The notes beneath the pieces were generated by a model, which saw only the letters and a list, made by a program, of their open reading frames with translations, searched no databases and was not told where the DNA came from. A stretch of DNA of 64,000 nucleotides from Planctomycetota bacterium (GTDB lineage: Bacteria; Planctomycetota; UBA11346), in assembly GCA_038231435.1 (NCBI GenBank), contig JBBRLJ010000025.1:24095-88094 (forward strand). Direction: 5' to 3'. This document shows positions 52,332-63,732 of this stretch, in pieces; position 1 is the stretch's first letter, and every line of letters begins with the position of its first letter. Position numbers and translations under genes: made by a program.

Positions 52332-54668
52332 ATGCCCGTCTTCACCCCCACCACCTTGCGGGCGAAGGACATCCCGGTCTTCCAGTGCCAGACCACACTG
52401 CTGCAGGAACTCGCAGACAAGGCGATCACCAAGGCCGAGGCGATCTCGCTGTACGACCAGATGTGCGCGGTGCGCGCCCTCGAGGAGATGATCTACCAGC
52501 TGCGCTCAGGCGCCTACGCACCGCTCGCCGGGAAGTACGAGTACCAGGGGCCGACCCACCTCTCGATCGGCCAAGAGGCCGCTTCGGTCGGCGCCTGCGC
52601 AGTGCTGAACTGGGACGATTACATCACCTCGACGCATCGTGGCCATGGCGACTCGATGGCCAAGGGCTACGCGGCGCTGCTGGCGATGAATCGCGCGCAG
52701 ATGCAGGAGCGCATCGGCTACTACAAGATCCAGGTCACGGCGGGCGACGACGAGGGCGTGCGCAAGCAGCTGGTCGCCGACCACATCTACCGCTCGATCT
52801 GCGAACTCTTCGGCAAGGAAGACGGCTACTGCAAGGGCCGCGGCGGCTCGATGCACATCGCCGACTTCTCGCTCGGGCACTTGGGCGCGAACGCCATCGT
52901 CGGCGGCGGAACGCCGATCGCGACCGGCGCGGCCTACGCCAGCCGCTACCTCAACGACGGCAAGGTCGCGGTGTGCTTCGTCGGCGACGGCGCGTTCTCC
53001 AACGGCATCACCCTCGAGTCGCTGCAGATGGCGACCATGCCGCAGTTCGAGAACGGGCTGCACAAGCGCACCGGCGGCGTGCCGGTGATCTTCGCCATCC
53101 TCAACAACCTCTATGCCATGACCGGCCAGACCCACGGCGAGCTCTGCGACGTGCCGTACCTGTCGTGCCGCGGTTGGGGCTTCGCGCAGGACGCGATGCA
53201 CGCCGAGGTCATCAACGGCATGGACGTGCTGTCGGTGCGCAAGGCCATGAAGAAGGCCGTGTCCGAGGCACGCAACGGCCAGGGCGCGATGCTCAAGGAG
53301 CTGATCACCTACCGTTATTACGGCCACTCGCTGTCCGACCCGCGCAAGGCCTACCGCAAGAAGGAGGAGGAGCAGGCCTGGCGCGACATCGATCCGCTGC
53401 TCACCTACTCGCGCCAGCTGATCGAGGCCAATCTCGCCAGCCAGGCCGAGCTCGACGCGATGTTCCAGCGCGCCGTCGAGCGCAACGCCGAGCAGGCGGT
53501 GCGGGCCGCCGCCAGCGCCGATCCCTCTCCGCAGGAGCTCTACAAGTACCTCTACGCCGACTCCACCAGCGCGGTCGTGCCGGCTAAGTACGCCAAGGGC
53601 ACTACCGTCGGCAAGGCCGAGAAGACCAAGCGTGACGAGAAGGGCCTGCTCACCTACAAGGACGCGATCAAGGAGGCCATGGTCGAGGAGATGCTCCGTG
53701 ACGAGCGCGTGGTGCTCTACGGCGAGGATCTCGCGGATTACGGCGGCGCCTTCTTCGTGACCGCGGGCATGCTCGAGACCTTCGGCCGCGACCGCGTGTT
53801 CAACACCTCGATCTCCGAGTCCGCGATCTGCGGCACTGCGGTGGGCGCGGCCATGGCGGGGCTGCGGCCGATCGTCGAGCTGATGTACTTCGACTTCGCG
53901 CTGCAGTCGTCCGACCAGATCTCGAACCAGGCCGCGAAGTGGCACTACATGTCGGGCGGCATGCGCACCGTGCCGATGGTCATCCGCGCCTCGGCCGGCG
54001 GCGGCAAGGGCTACGGCGGCCAGCATTCGCAGTCGATCGAGTCGATCTTCTGTCACACCCCCGGCATCAAGGTGGTGGTGCCGTCGAATCCGCGCGACGC
54101 CAAGGGCCTGCTCAAGACCGCGATCCGCGACGACAATCCGGTGATGTTCGTCGAAGGCCAGCTGCTCTACGGCATGAAGGGCGAGGTTCCCGAGGACGAT
54201 TACCTGATCCCCTTCGGCCAGGCCGCGATCAAGCGCGTCGGCAAGGACGCCAGCTTCATCGGCTGGTCGTACCTGGTGAACGAGGCGATGAAGGCCGCCG
54301 ACATCCTCGAGAAGGAGCACGGCATCTCGCTCGAGGTCATCGACGCGCGCACGCTGGTGCCGTTCGACTGGGACACCGTCATCGCGTCGGTGAAGAAGAC
54401 CGGCAAGGCCGTGGTCGGCAGTCAGGCGGTCAAGACCTGCTCGTTCACGGCGGAAGTCGCCGATACCATCTCGCGCCGTGCTTTCGACTGGCTCGATGCG
54501 CCGGTCGAGCGCCTGGGCGCCGCGGCGTCGATCTCGCCGCAGGCGAAGGGCATGGAGAAGGCGTATCTGCCGTGGGCCGAAGATGTGGTGAAGGCAGTGC
54601 TCGGCATGGTGAAGCTTTCGGTTGGAGGGCTACGGCCCCCCAACAACGGCCTCCGGCCTGCCCCCTAG
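52332..54668 (+). CDS. 2-oxoacid/acetoin dehydrogenase E1, fused alpha+beta subunits
   Basis: HLSIGQEA, STHRGHG, GRGGSMH, GDGA..NN and TYRYYGHS, followed by beta motifs GED, ISESA and GGQHSQ. Confidence 0.93.
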   Translation: MPVFTPTTLRAKDIPVFQCQTTLLQELADKAITKAEAISLYDQMCAVRALEEMIYQLRSGAYAPLAGKYEYQGPTHLSIGQEAASVGACAVLNWDDYITSTHRGHGDSMAKGYAALLAMNRAQMQERIGYYKIQVTAGDDEGVRKQLVADHIYRSICELFGKEDGYCKGRGGSMHIADFSLGHLGANAIVGGGTPIATGAAYASRYLNDGKVAVCFVGDGAFSNGITLESLQMATMPQFENGLHKRTGGVPVIFAILNNLYAMTGQTHGELCDVPYLSCRGWGFAQDAMHAEVINGMDVLSVRKAMKKAVSEARNGQGAMLKELITYRYYGHSLSDPRKAYRKKEEEQAWRDIDPLLTYSRQLIEANLASQAELDAMFQRAVERNAEQAVRAAASADPSPQELYKYLYADSTSAVVPAKYAKGTTVGKAEKTKRDEKGLLTYKDAIKEAMVEEMLRDERVVLYGEDLADYGGAFFVTAGMLETFGRDRVFNTSISESAICGTAVGAAMAGLRPIVELMYFDFALQSSDQISNQAAKWHYMSGGMRTVPMVIRASAGGGKGYGGQHSQSIESIFCHTPGIKVVVPSNPRDAKGLLKTAIRDDNPVMFVEGQLLYGMKGEVPEDDYLIPFGQAAIKRVGKDASFIGWSYLVNEAMKAADILEKEHGISLEVIDARTLVPFDWDTVIASVKKTGKAVVGSQAVKTCSFTAEVADTISRRAFDWLDAPVERLGAAASISPQAKGMEKAYLPWAEDVVKAVLGMVKLSVGGLRPPNNGLRPAP

Positions 54669-54686
54669 GAAACGGGGAGCAGGGGG
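54624..54686 (+). repeat. repeat family B, copy 4
   Basis: GGAGGGCTACGGCCCCCAACAACGGCCTCCGGCCTGCCCCCTAGGAAACGGGGAGCAGGGGG. Confidence 0.8.
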
Positions 54687-55334
54687 TTCTGGGCGAGCGG
54701 CCTGCGGCGCTTCGCACAAGGGCCCGTGGGTGCGGACTGTGCGCCGGTTTTTGTGGCTCGGGCACAGGGCGCACGCGGCGCCGATGACGGCGCCGACGAT
54801 GTGCGCCAGCGGCACCGGCACCATGGCGGTATCGTGCACGAACACCGTGCCGCCGGTGGCGAACTCCCAGCAGCTCTTCGCGACCGTCCCGGCCATCACC
54901 GCCAGTGCGAACCACGCCAGCGGCCGATCGCGGTGCCAGTCGTCGCGCGCGGCCGCGATGCCCAGCTGCACGACCAAGGCGGTGGCGATGCCCGACAGGC
55001 CGCGAAATGTCGTCAGCGTGGGATCCATCCACGCCACCCCCAGCGGGATCAGGGCCAAGCTGGCAAGCAGGCACCCGCGGGTGCGCCAGGGATATCGCCA
55101 TTCGCACCAGCAGCCGACCAGCAGCACCGTGGCCGTGTCCCACGCCAGGTGCGGCCACGACCAGTGCGACAGCTGGCAGGTCATGACGCGCCACCACGGC
55201 TCGTTGATTCCCCGCGCCCATTGCAAGTCGGCTGCGATGGAGGAACCGCAGGCAGAGGCCACGCCGATCCCGACGGCCAACGCCACCAGGAGCAGCGTGG
55301 CCATCGGGAATGTCGAATCGAGGGAGGTCGACAC
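54630..55334 (-). CDS. rhombosortase (rhomboid family intramembrane serine protease)
   Basis: EPWWRVMTCQLSHWSWPHLAWD, FRGLSG (catalytic Ser) and AHIVGA (catalytic His). Follows a GlyGly-CTERM gene. Confidence 0.85.
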   Translation of the reverse strand: MSTSLDSTFPMATLLLVALAVGIGVASACGSSIAADLQWARGINEPWWRVMTCQLSHWSWPHLAWDTATVLLVGCWCEWRYPWRTRGCLLASLALIPLGVAWMDPTLTTFRGLSGIATALVVQLGIAAARDDWHRDRPLAWFALAVMAGTVAKSCWEFATGGTVFVHDTAMVPVPLAHIVGAVIGAACALCPSHKNRRTVRTHGPLCEAPQAARPEPPAPRFLGGRPEAVVGGP

Positions 55335-55342
55335 CGTCGGGC

Positions 55343-57502
55343 CTAGACGCGCGAGCTCAGGCGCGCACGCAGGTACGAGCGCAGGCGCGGCCACGCGGCG
55401 ATCAGCGCGGCCAGGATCGCCAGGGCGGCGCCGATCGGATCGATGGCTCCGCCACCCCCTCCGCCGCCGCCGAACGAGACGTCGCGGCGCGGTTGCGGTT
55501 GGTTCATGGCGATGGACGGGTCGGCCGCCTGGTTCGCGACCCGGTTGGCGGCGACCGCCGTCGGCATCGCCGGTCCCGCATCCTCATGCACGGGTCCGAG
55601 GGGCGCGGATCCTCCGTTGTCGCCGCCGCCCTTCGATCGCAGGCGGTCGAGTTCGTCGCGCAGCTTCTGCTGGGCGACGCGGTCGCGCCCGAAGCGCTGT
55701 TCGTTGCGCCGCGCGATCGACCAGCGCTGGTACTCGGCATCGTTCTCGAGCACCAGGAAGGACGTGTACTCGCTGGCGATCGAGTAGCCCTCGCCGAGGC
55801 GCACGATCTCGGGGATGACCGGCTCACGGCTGCCCGCGCGGTCGGCATCGCGCAGCAGCGCGTCGATGCGGTGCGATGCCCACATGCGCTCGATCTCGCC
55901 GTTCGCGGCGTCGCGCGCTGGGAAGCGCAGGTCGAACACCTGATTCAGCGGCTTGCCGAGCACCGCGCCGGTCACCGTCGCTTTGGCCGCTGCATCGCCA
56001 CTCCCTTTCAGGCGGTAGCGCCCGTAGACGCGCACCGGCGCGCCATGGAAGAGGTTGGGAAGCTTGGCCGGGACCACGTCGTAGGTCTCGGCGCCACTGA
56101 TCGCGATGGCCAGATCGGTGGCCGCCGGGCGCACCAGCTTGCGCCGGAAGGCCTTGGCCTGGCGCTGGAAATCATCCCCGCGCGACAGGAAGGCGCTCAA
56201 ACCGCCAGACTCGTCCGCCATCTGCGACAGCAGCGGACGGTTGACGTCGTTGCCCACGCCGATGCAGAATACCCGCGCGCTCTTGGGCCGGGCGCCGATC
56301 AGGCGCAGGAGTTCCGCGCGCTCGCCCTGGTCGGTCATGCCATCGCTGAGGATCACGACGTTCAAGGTGCGGTCGGAATCGACATAGCGGTAGGCCTGGT
56401 TCATCGCCGGCGCCAGCACCGTGCCACCACGCGCCTGCTGGCCGGCAAGGAAGTCCGCCGCCTTGGCGCGCGCGGCATCATCCATCGTCGTCAGTTTGGA
56501 GAACAGCGCGTGGGGCTGGATGTTGAAGGTCATGACTTCGCAGCGGTCGTTGGCGCCGAGCACGTTGATGAATTCGCGGATCGAGCCCTCGGACAGCGCC
56601 AGCTTGCCGTCGTCTGCCATGCTGCCCGAGATGTCGAGCACGAACACGAAGTCCTGCCCGGCATCGTCGATGGCGAGCTCGTCGCCAGCGGTCAAGGTCA
56701 AGTAGAAGTAGCCATCCTGATCGGCGCGCCGCGACGCGACCAGATCGAGGCCGGTCTGCGGCTTCGCCAAGCGGTACGACACCACCACGTCGCGCGACAG
56801 GTCGCCGTCCTTGAGCTCGAGGCTGGCCTCGCTGGTGTGCTCGTCGATGGTGGCGAAGACGAAATCCTTCGCGTGGCTCGGGCTGTCCATCGCCGCGATC
56901 GGGATAGGCGAGCGCACATCCATGGTCAGGGCGAAAGTGCCAGCGCGTGAGGCCGCCACCGCTCGGCCTTGGGCATCGCCGGCCGAGGTGGCGAGCGGGT
57001 AGACGTATGTGCCCTGATCGTGGTCGATGTCGAGCTCCTGATAATAGGTGATCTCGACCTTCTGCTGCGCGCGCGCCGCGATTGGGAAGACGCGCATCTC
57101 GAAGGTCTTGTAGTCCGCCTGCTCAAGCAGGCCGGGATCCTGGCGCTTGCGCTTGTAACTATCGTAGATCTCGCGCGCGTGCTTCTTCTCGACCACCTCG
57201 CCGACCATCTCGCGGCCGCCGATCCACATGCTGAAACCGGCCACCGACGCTCCGCGCGGGACCGGGAAGCTGTAGAGACCTTCGACGATGCGATCCTCGG
57301 AGTTGCGGAACACCTGGGTGACGGTGGTGACGGCGATGCCGTGATTGAGGACCACATGCACGCGGTGCTCGTCGATCGCCATCGCGCCGCCGAAGCCGCC
57401 GTCGGCGACCATCGCCCCGGCGCCGTTGGCGTTCGCGGCGAAGGAAAGCGCGAGCGTGGCGAGCACGGTGCAGGCGAGCCAGCGTGGATCGGTAAATAGC
57501 AT
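55343..57502 (-). CDS. VIT + vWA domain protein with C-terminal GlyGly-CTERM sorting signal
   Basis: Signal peptide, VIT (VTQVFRN..EGLYSFPVP..DPGLLEQ), MIDAS DISGS/GGT/LSDG, tail GGGGGGGAIDPIGAALAILAALIAAWPRLR. Confidence 0.92.
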   Translation of the reverse strand: MLFTDPRWLACTVLATLALSFAANANGAGAMVADGGFGGAMAIDEHRVHVVLNHGIAVTTVTQVFRNSEDRIVEGLYSFPVPRGASVAGFSMWIGGREMVGEVVEKKHAREIYDSYKRKRQDPGLLEQADYKTFEMRVFPIAARAQQKVEITYYQELDIDHDQGTYVYPLATSAGDAQGRAVAASRAGTFALTMDVRSPIPIAAMDSPSHAKDFVFATIDEHTSEASLELKDGDLSRDVVVSYRLAKPQTGLDLVASRRADQDGYFYLTLTAGDELAIDDAGQDFVFVLDISGSMADDGKLALSEGSIREFINVLGANDRCEVMTFNIQPHALFSKLTTMDDAARAKAADFLAGQQARGGTVLAPAMNQAYRYVDSDRTLNVVILSDGMTDQGERAELLRLIGARPKSARVFCIGVGNDVNRPLLSQMADESGGLSAFLSRGDDFQRQAKAFRRKLVRPAATDLAIAISGAETYDVVPAKLPNLFHGAPVRVYGRYRLKGSGDAAAKATVTGAVLGKPLNQVFDLRFPARDAANGEIERMWASHRIDALLRDADRAGSREPVIPEIVRLGEGYSIASEYTSFLVLENDAEYQRWSIARRNEQRFGRDRVAQQKLRDELDRLRSKGGGDNGGSAPLGPVHEDAGPAMPTAVAANRVANQAADPSIAMNQPQPRRDVSFGGGGGGGGAIDPIGAALAILAALIAAWPRLRSYLRARLSSRV

Positions 57503-57535
57503 GGGACCTCCAGTGTTGTTATCGAACGAGTACCA

Positions 57536-57551
57536 AGCGTACGACGTGCCA
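57536..57551 (-). promoter_or_regulatory. sigma-54 (-24/-12) promoter of the VIT-vWA gene
   Basis: Minus strand TGGCACGTCGTACGCT: TGGCAC with exact GG-N10-GC spacing, about 35 nt before the ATG with GGAGG RBS. Confidence 0.75.
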
Positions 57552-57633
57552 TTCCAACTCCTTATCTCAACTACTTGCCTACAAATGATTTAGAAAACAT
57601 AACCGCATCGAATTCGCGCCCTCAATACACTGG

Positions 57634-59178
<1,545 letters not shown>

Positions 59179-59275
59179 GCAGCGGGCGATCAGCCTGCCC
59201 GTGACCACGTCATTCCACGCCGTCCAGCCCCGTTGCGACTGGCACGTCGATGGCTACGACCACATAGGAGCATCC

Positions 59276-60208
59276 ATGCCCAACGTCTGGATCCGGTCCG
59301 CCACCCTCGTCCTCGCCGCCGTCGGCGCATGCCAGGCGGAGGACATCAGCGACACGCCGACCATCCGCACCGGCGAGCGCTCCACCGCCTCAAGCGAGAC
59401 GTCTGGCACCCATTCGTGGGAAATGCCGGCGCTGACCGTGCAAGGACATCGCGAGCGCACGCTGCGCGAGGAGGACCGCATCGGCGGCTATGGTCAGCCG
59501 CGCTGGACCGCGCGCCGGCGCTTCGCCGAGACCCGCGTCTACGTGATCCCCGAAGGCCAGTTCGAATTCGAATACTGGTTGGTGGTCGAGACGCCGAAGA
59601 AGCCCGACGCCCTCGGCAAGCGCTCGCCCAAGATCCAGCAGGTCTACGAGGCCGAGATCGGCCTGCCCTACCGCTTCCAGCTCGACCTCTACCAGATCTA
59701 CGAAAAAACCGGCAACAGCCACGGCACCACCACCGGACCCGAGCAGAAGTTCGAACTGCGCTGGGCACTCGCTGACTGGGGCGTCATCCCGTTCAACCCG
59801 ACGCTCTATGCCGAATGGGCCCAGGAGCCGGCCTCTCCCGACCACGTCGAATGCAAGCTGCTGCTCGGCGACGAACTGAAGCCCCGCGTGCACTGGGCTA
59901 CCAACTTCGTCTTCGAGCACGAGACAGGGGCGCTCCAGGAGAACAGCTGGGAGATGACCAACGCGCTGAGCTACACCCTGCGCGACGAGCGCTTCTCGGT
60001 CGGGCTCGAGGACAAGTTCGCGTGGATCAACACCATCGATCCGCTCGACAACGGCAGACGCACCGGCTTCGCGCGCGAGATCCTGCTCGGCCCCAGCATC
60101 CAGTACCGCCCCCTGCCGCAGATGCACATCAACCTCTCGGTCCTTGCCGGCCTGACCGACGACTCCCCCCAATCCAAGACGGTCATGGTCGCCGGGTGGG
60201 AGTTCTGA
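59276..60208 (+). CDS. putative outer-membrane beta-barrel protein
   Basis: AGGAG RBS, signal peptide, alternating beta-strand pattern, C-terminal AGWEF. Confidence 0.75.
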   Translation: MPNVWIRSATLVLAAVGACQAEDISDTPTIRTGERSTASSETSGTHSWEMPALTVQGHRERTLREEDRIGGYGQPRWTARRRFAETRVYVIPEGQFEFEYWLVVETPKKPDALGKRSPKIQQVYEAEIGLPYRFQLDLYQIYEKTGNSHGTTTGPEQKFELRWALADWGVIPFNPTLYAEWAQEPASPDHVECKLLLGDELKPRVHWATNFVFEHETGALQENSWEMTNALSYTLRDERFSVGLEDKFAWINTIDPLDNGRRTGFAREILLGPSIQYRPLPQMHINLSVLAGLTDDSPQSKTVMVAGWEF

Positions 60209-60220
60209 GCGCTTTATCGG

Positions 60221-60308
60221 GGGGCTCCGCCCCCGGTCCCCCACGGCCTTGGTCGTAGCTCGATGGGTCCAGCAGAGCTGGACACATCGTGGGCGGATCG
60301 CCTGCGCC
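60221..60308 (+). repeat. truncated copy of repeat family A
   Basis: GGGGCTCCGCCCC..CCCCACGGCCTTGGTCGTAGCTCGATG..CATCGTGGGCGGATCG. Confidence 0.75.
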
Positions 60309-60420
60309 ACGACATAATATGTTGAAACGAATTAATTCAGAATTTTTTTGGAATTTGATGAACCACGCTCGTCGGCTGACGTTGGCCTCGTTGACGTCCT
60401 AGACCCGCGTAGGAGGCTCC

Positions 60421-62208
60421 ATGCGCTCGTTCGTCGCCTCGGTGATGACTGGGATCCGGCAGGCGATGGTCGCCTGCGCTCTGTGCGCCTGCCTGCACTC
60501 GTCCATCGCTGCAGTCGAGGATCAAGGGAAGGACGCGGCCAAGGAAGCCAGGAGATCGGCCAAGGCTGACGACGTCGCCAAGGCCGCGCGGCAGAAGATC
60601 ATGCGCGAAGTGCTGCTCGACCACTTCTGCATCGGCATCGAGGCTCCGCCCGAATGGCACGACGACGTGCGCAAGACCAACGGCGCGCGCCTCGACTTCA
60701 ATGTCTGCTACCTCTCGGGCGGAGCAGCGAAGGACACGCCCTGGTGGATCAAGTACAGCGACTTCGTCGGCGTCAGCATCCAGCGCTGCAAGGCGCGCGG
60801 CCAGGGCATGTGGTTCACGTTCTACATGCTCGCGGAATCCAATCCGGCGGACTACAAGCCTGGCCCCGCTCAGGCCACGCCCACCAACGCCAAGGTGGCG
60901 GGGACGATGAAGTCGTACTTCGAACTGTTCAAACATTTCTGCGAGACCTGCGCCGCCTATCCGGACGTTCCCGTGGTCGCGCAGATCGAGCCCGACGAAT
61001 GGTGCCACCTGCTCTTGTCGGCCAAGATGGATCCGGCGGCCGTCGACATCAAGGTCGGCACCTGCGGGATGGAGGAGCTGAAGGGCCTGCCTGACAACCT
61101 CTTCGGCTACGCCGCCGCCCTGAAGCTGCTGCGCGACCGCTATGCGCCGATGGTGCTGCTCGGCTGCAATCCGTCGGGCTGGGACTACGGCGGCAGCATG
61201 AGCGGGACGAAGATGGGCGCACTCATGAAGGCGGTGTGCCCGGGATACGATCTGGCGGTGTTCGAGACCGGGGATCGCGACAAGGGCATGTCCGGCCAGC
61301 AGCCGCCGTTCGGCGACAAAAGCGGGGTTTGCGGCACCTTTCCGAACCACATCCAGTGGATCAAGGAATTCCACGAGCAGTCGGGCTTGTGGGTCTGCGT
61401 CTGGCAGGCTGCGGTCGGCAACACCTACTTCGCGACCTGCGACAACAAGCCCGGCCACTACTGCGACAACCTCGCGCAGTTCCTCTTCGAGGACTACCCG
61501 CGCAACGATGGCATCGCCAAGTACGTAGCCGCGGGCTGCTGCGGTTGGATGTTCAACGCGGGCCAGAGCGACTGCACGCACGTCTTCGACGAGCGCAAGG
61601 ATGGCATCACCAATCCGCCGGCCGGCTCGTGGAACAAAGGCAAGAAGTCCATCTATGCGGACGACGATGGCGGCTTCATGCGGCTGATGTGCGGCGAGTA
61701 TTACAAGCACCCGTATCCGATCCTCGGCAAGGCTAGGAGGCCGAAGGTGGGTGGCGATGGTGACGTCCCGGGCGCCGAGGCGGGATCGGGGGGGACGAAG
61801 TCGGACGCTGAGAAGACCAAGACCAAGGCCATCCTCTCCGACAAGGATGCGTTGAAGACCTACACCGCGAAACTGAGGGATCGCGTCCAAGAGGAGCTCG
61901 CGACCGGCCGCCATCCCGCGTTCGTGTACAGCGCGCTGAGGTCCAAGGCGGTCATCGAAGCGATCGACCAGGAGACGCTGCGCGTAGCGCTGGCCGACGG
62001 CGGGGCGATGGACCTGCCGTGGTCCATGCTGAAGCAGCCGGATCTCCTACAGCTCTCCTTGGCGGTCGAGCGCGACTCCAAGCCCGAAGACCACGCCATC
62101 GCCGGCTTCTTCCTGCTCGCCGACGGGCAGATCGACAAGGCGGACGAGCACCTGCGCCAAGCGATCGGCTGCGACGAGCTGGTTCGACGGGCCTTTACCG
62201 CGCAATGA
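60421..62208 (+). CDS. secreted hypothetical protein, putative glycoside-hydrolase-like domain plus SHD1-like C-terminal module
   Basis: AGGAGG RBS, signal peptide, VVAQIEPD, aromatic/Cys-rich core, linker, LRVALADGGAMDLPWSMLKQPD. Confidence 0.7.
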   Translation: MRSFVASVMTGIRQAMVACALCACLHSSIAAVEDQGKDAAKEARRSAKADDVAKAARQKIMREVLLDHFCIGIEAPPEWHDDVRKTNGARLDFNVCYLSGGAAKDTPWWIKYSDFVGVSIQRCKARGQGMWFTFYMLAESNPADYKPGPAQATPTNAKVAGTMKSYFELFKHFCETCAAYPDVPVVAQIEPDEWCHLLLSAKMDPAAVDIKVGTCGMEELKGLPDNLFGYAAALKLLRDRYAPMVLLGCNPSGWDYGGSMSGTKMGALMKAVCPGYDLAVFETGDRDKGMSGQQPPFGDKSGVCGTFPNHIQWIKEFHEQSGLWVCVWQAAVGNTYFATCDNKPGHYCDNLAQFLFEDYPRNDGIAKYVAAGCCGWMFNAGQSDCTHVFDERKDGITNPPAGSWNKGKKSIYADDDGGFMRLMCGEYYKHPYPILGKARRPKVGGDGDVPGAEAGSGGTKSDAEKTKTKAILSDKDALKTYTAKLRDRVQEELATGRHPAFVYSALRSKAVIEAIDQETLRVALADGGAMDLPWSMLKQPDLLQLSLAVERDSKPEDHAIAGFFLLADGQIDKADEHLRQAIGCDELVRRAFTAQ

Positions 62209-62367
62209 GTGGCCGTTCGAGCCCGGGATGGCGGTCAGGGATGTGTGCCAACATCGCTGGATCGACGTTGCTACAGCCCTGTCCAGGGGTTGCGCAATGC
62301 ACACCGGTACCCGGCCATGGCCAGTGGACCTTGCGCTAAACCCCTCCCCCATCCAGCATGGGCGCCG

Positions 62368-63732
62368 ATGAGCGCGACGTTCGCCTGTCCCCATTGCGGC
62401 GCTACGTACCCCGTCAAGCCCGTCCTCGTCGGACGCGCCGTCCGCTGCACCAAATGTAAGAACGCCTTCAAGCTCCGCGACGACGGCATCGCCGACAAGG
62501 TCGAGATGGAGGCCCCGGCCTTTCCCGCGGCCGCCTCGGTTCCCGCGGCGGCCGCTCCGCCCGCCGTGGCCGATACTCCCGCTCGCCCCGTCGCACCGGC
62601 GCGCCCGGCGACCGCCCCCCAGCCAGCGGAACGCGCCCCGGAACCCAGGCCTGCCGCTCCCGCTACGAAACCGGCTTCGGCGTCACCCGCTTCACCACCC
62701 GCGCCTCCATCCGCGCCAGGGCGGCAGCCCGAGAAACCTCCGGCCGCGGCTCCGTCGTCCTCGACGTCCGGTCCGATGCAGGCCGGCGAATCTCGGGGCG
62801 CGCGCCTGACCAAGCAGCAGGAGGAGGCACGCCGCGCCATGGCCGGCACGCTCTCGACCGCGGCATCGCTGGCCCTGCAGGCCGATGCGGTCAAACGCGA
62901 AGCCACCAAGGACGAGAAGAAGGGCCCTAAAGGTCCAAAGAGCAAGGACGGCACGGTCGGCAAGATCGGCCCGGTGCTGGTGGTGGGCGAGGGCGAGCGG
63001 GAATCGAAGAACCGCAAGGCGTGGCTAGGCGGCACCCTGGCGATCGTCGCGGTCATCGTGCTGCTGGGATGGCTGTTCAGCCTGCGCTCGCCCGCGCGCA
63101 GGGCGCTCGACGCGTTCGCCGCGCCGGTCGAAGCGCAGTACGCCCGCTATCCGCAGCGGCTTCCGCACATGCAGGCCCGCGCATGGCTGTCGAACAGCCG
63201 CGCCCTGATCGATCTCGGCAGCCTGCACATCGGCAAGACCACCCGCTTCGAACTCGCCGCGGCCAAGCCGCTCATCGCCGAGATCGCCAAGGACCAGACC
63301 TATCTGCAGGAATACGAGATCTGGGTGCACAACGCCGATACCGCGAAGGTGACCAAGACCTGGAACCCGAAGAAGGAACGCAAGGCGAACATCGACGTGC
63401 TCAACGGCAGCGAAGCGACCGTGGTCACGCGCGAGGATTTCGAGGCCAAGCTGCTAGCCGGCGGATTGTCGGCCGATGGCGTCGCGGTGGTGATGACGCT
63501 GCTGCTGCCGAGCCAGGGCGCGCCCCAGGGCGGAGCCCAACGCGTGCGCGCCGGCGAGTGTCCCGACGCCATCGAAGTCACGCAGTTCACCGGCCACAAG
63601 GGCATCGCCCTGCAGGATGCGGGCAACAAATACGCCTTCCCGGTCGGCGACTACTCGGGCACCACGCTGCGCTTCATCGGCGCGGGCTGGCCAACCGAAT
63701 GGCGCGTGCTCAACGTCGGCTTCAACAGGTAG
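62368..63732 (+). CDS. zinc-ribbon (MJ0042-like) membrane protein
   Basis: CPHC..CTKC, Pro/Ala-rich linker, one TM helix, C-terminal soluble domain. Confidence 0.8.
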   Translation: MSATFACPHCGATYPVKPVLVGRAVRCTKCKNAFKLRDDGIADKVEMEAPAFPAAASVPAAAAPPAVADTPARPVAPARPATAPQPAERAPEPRPAAPATKPASASPASPPAPPSAPGRQPEKPPAAAPSSSTSGPMQAGESRGARLTKQQEEARRAMAGTLSTAASLALQADAVKREATKDEKKGPKGPKSKDGTVGKIGPVLVVGEGERESKNRKAWLGGTLAIVAVIVLLGWLFSLRSPARRALDAFAAPVEAQYARYPQRLPHMQARAWLSNSRALIDLGSLHIGKTTRFELAAAKPLIAEIAKDQTYLQEYEIWVHNADTAKVTKTWNPKKERKANIDVLNGSEATVVTREDFEAKLLAGGLSADGVAVVMTLLLPSQGAPQGGAQRVRAGECPDAIEVTQFTGHKGIALQDAGNKYAFPVGDYSGTTLRFIGAGWPTEWRVLNVGFNR

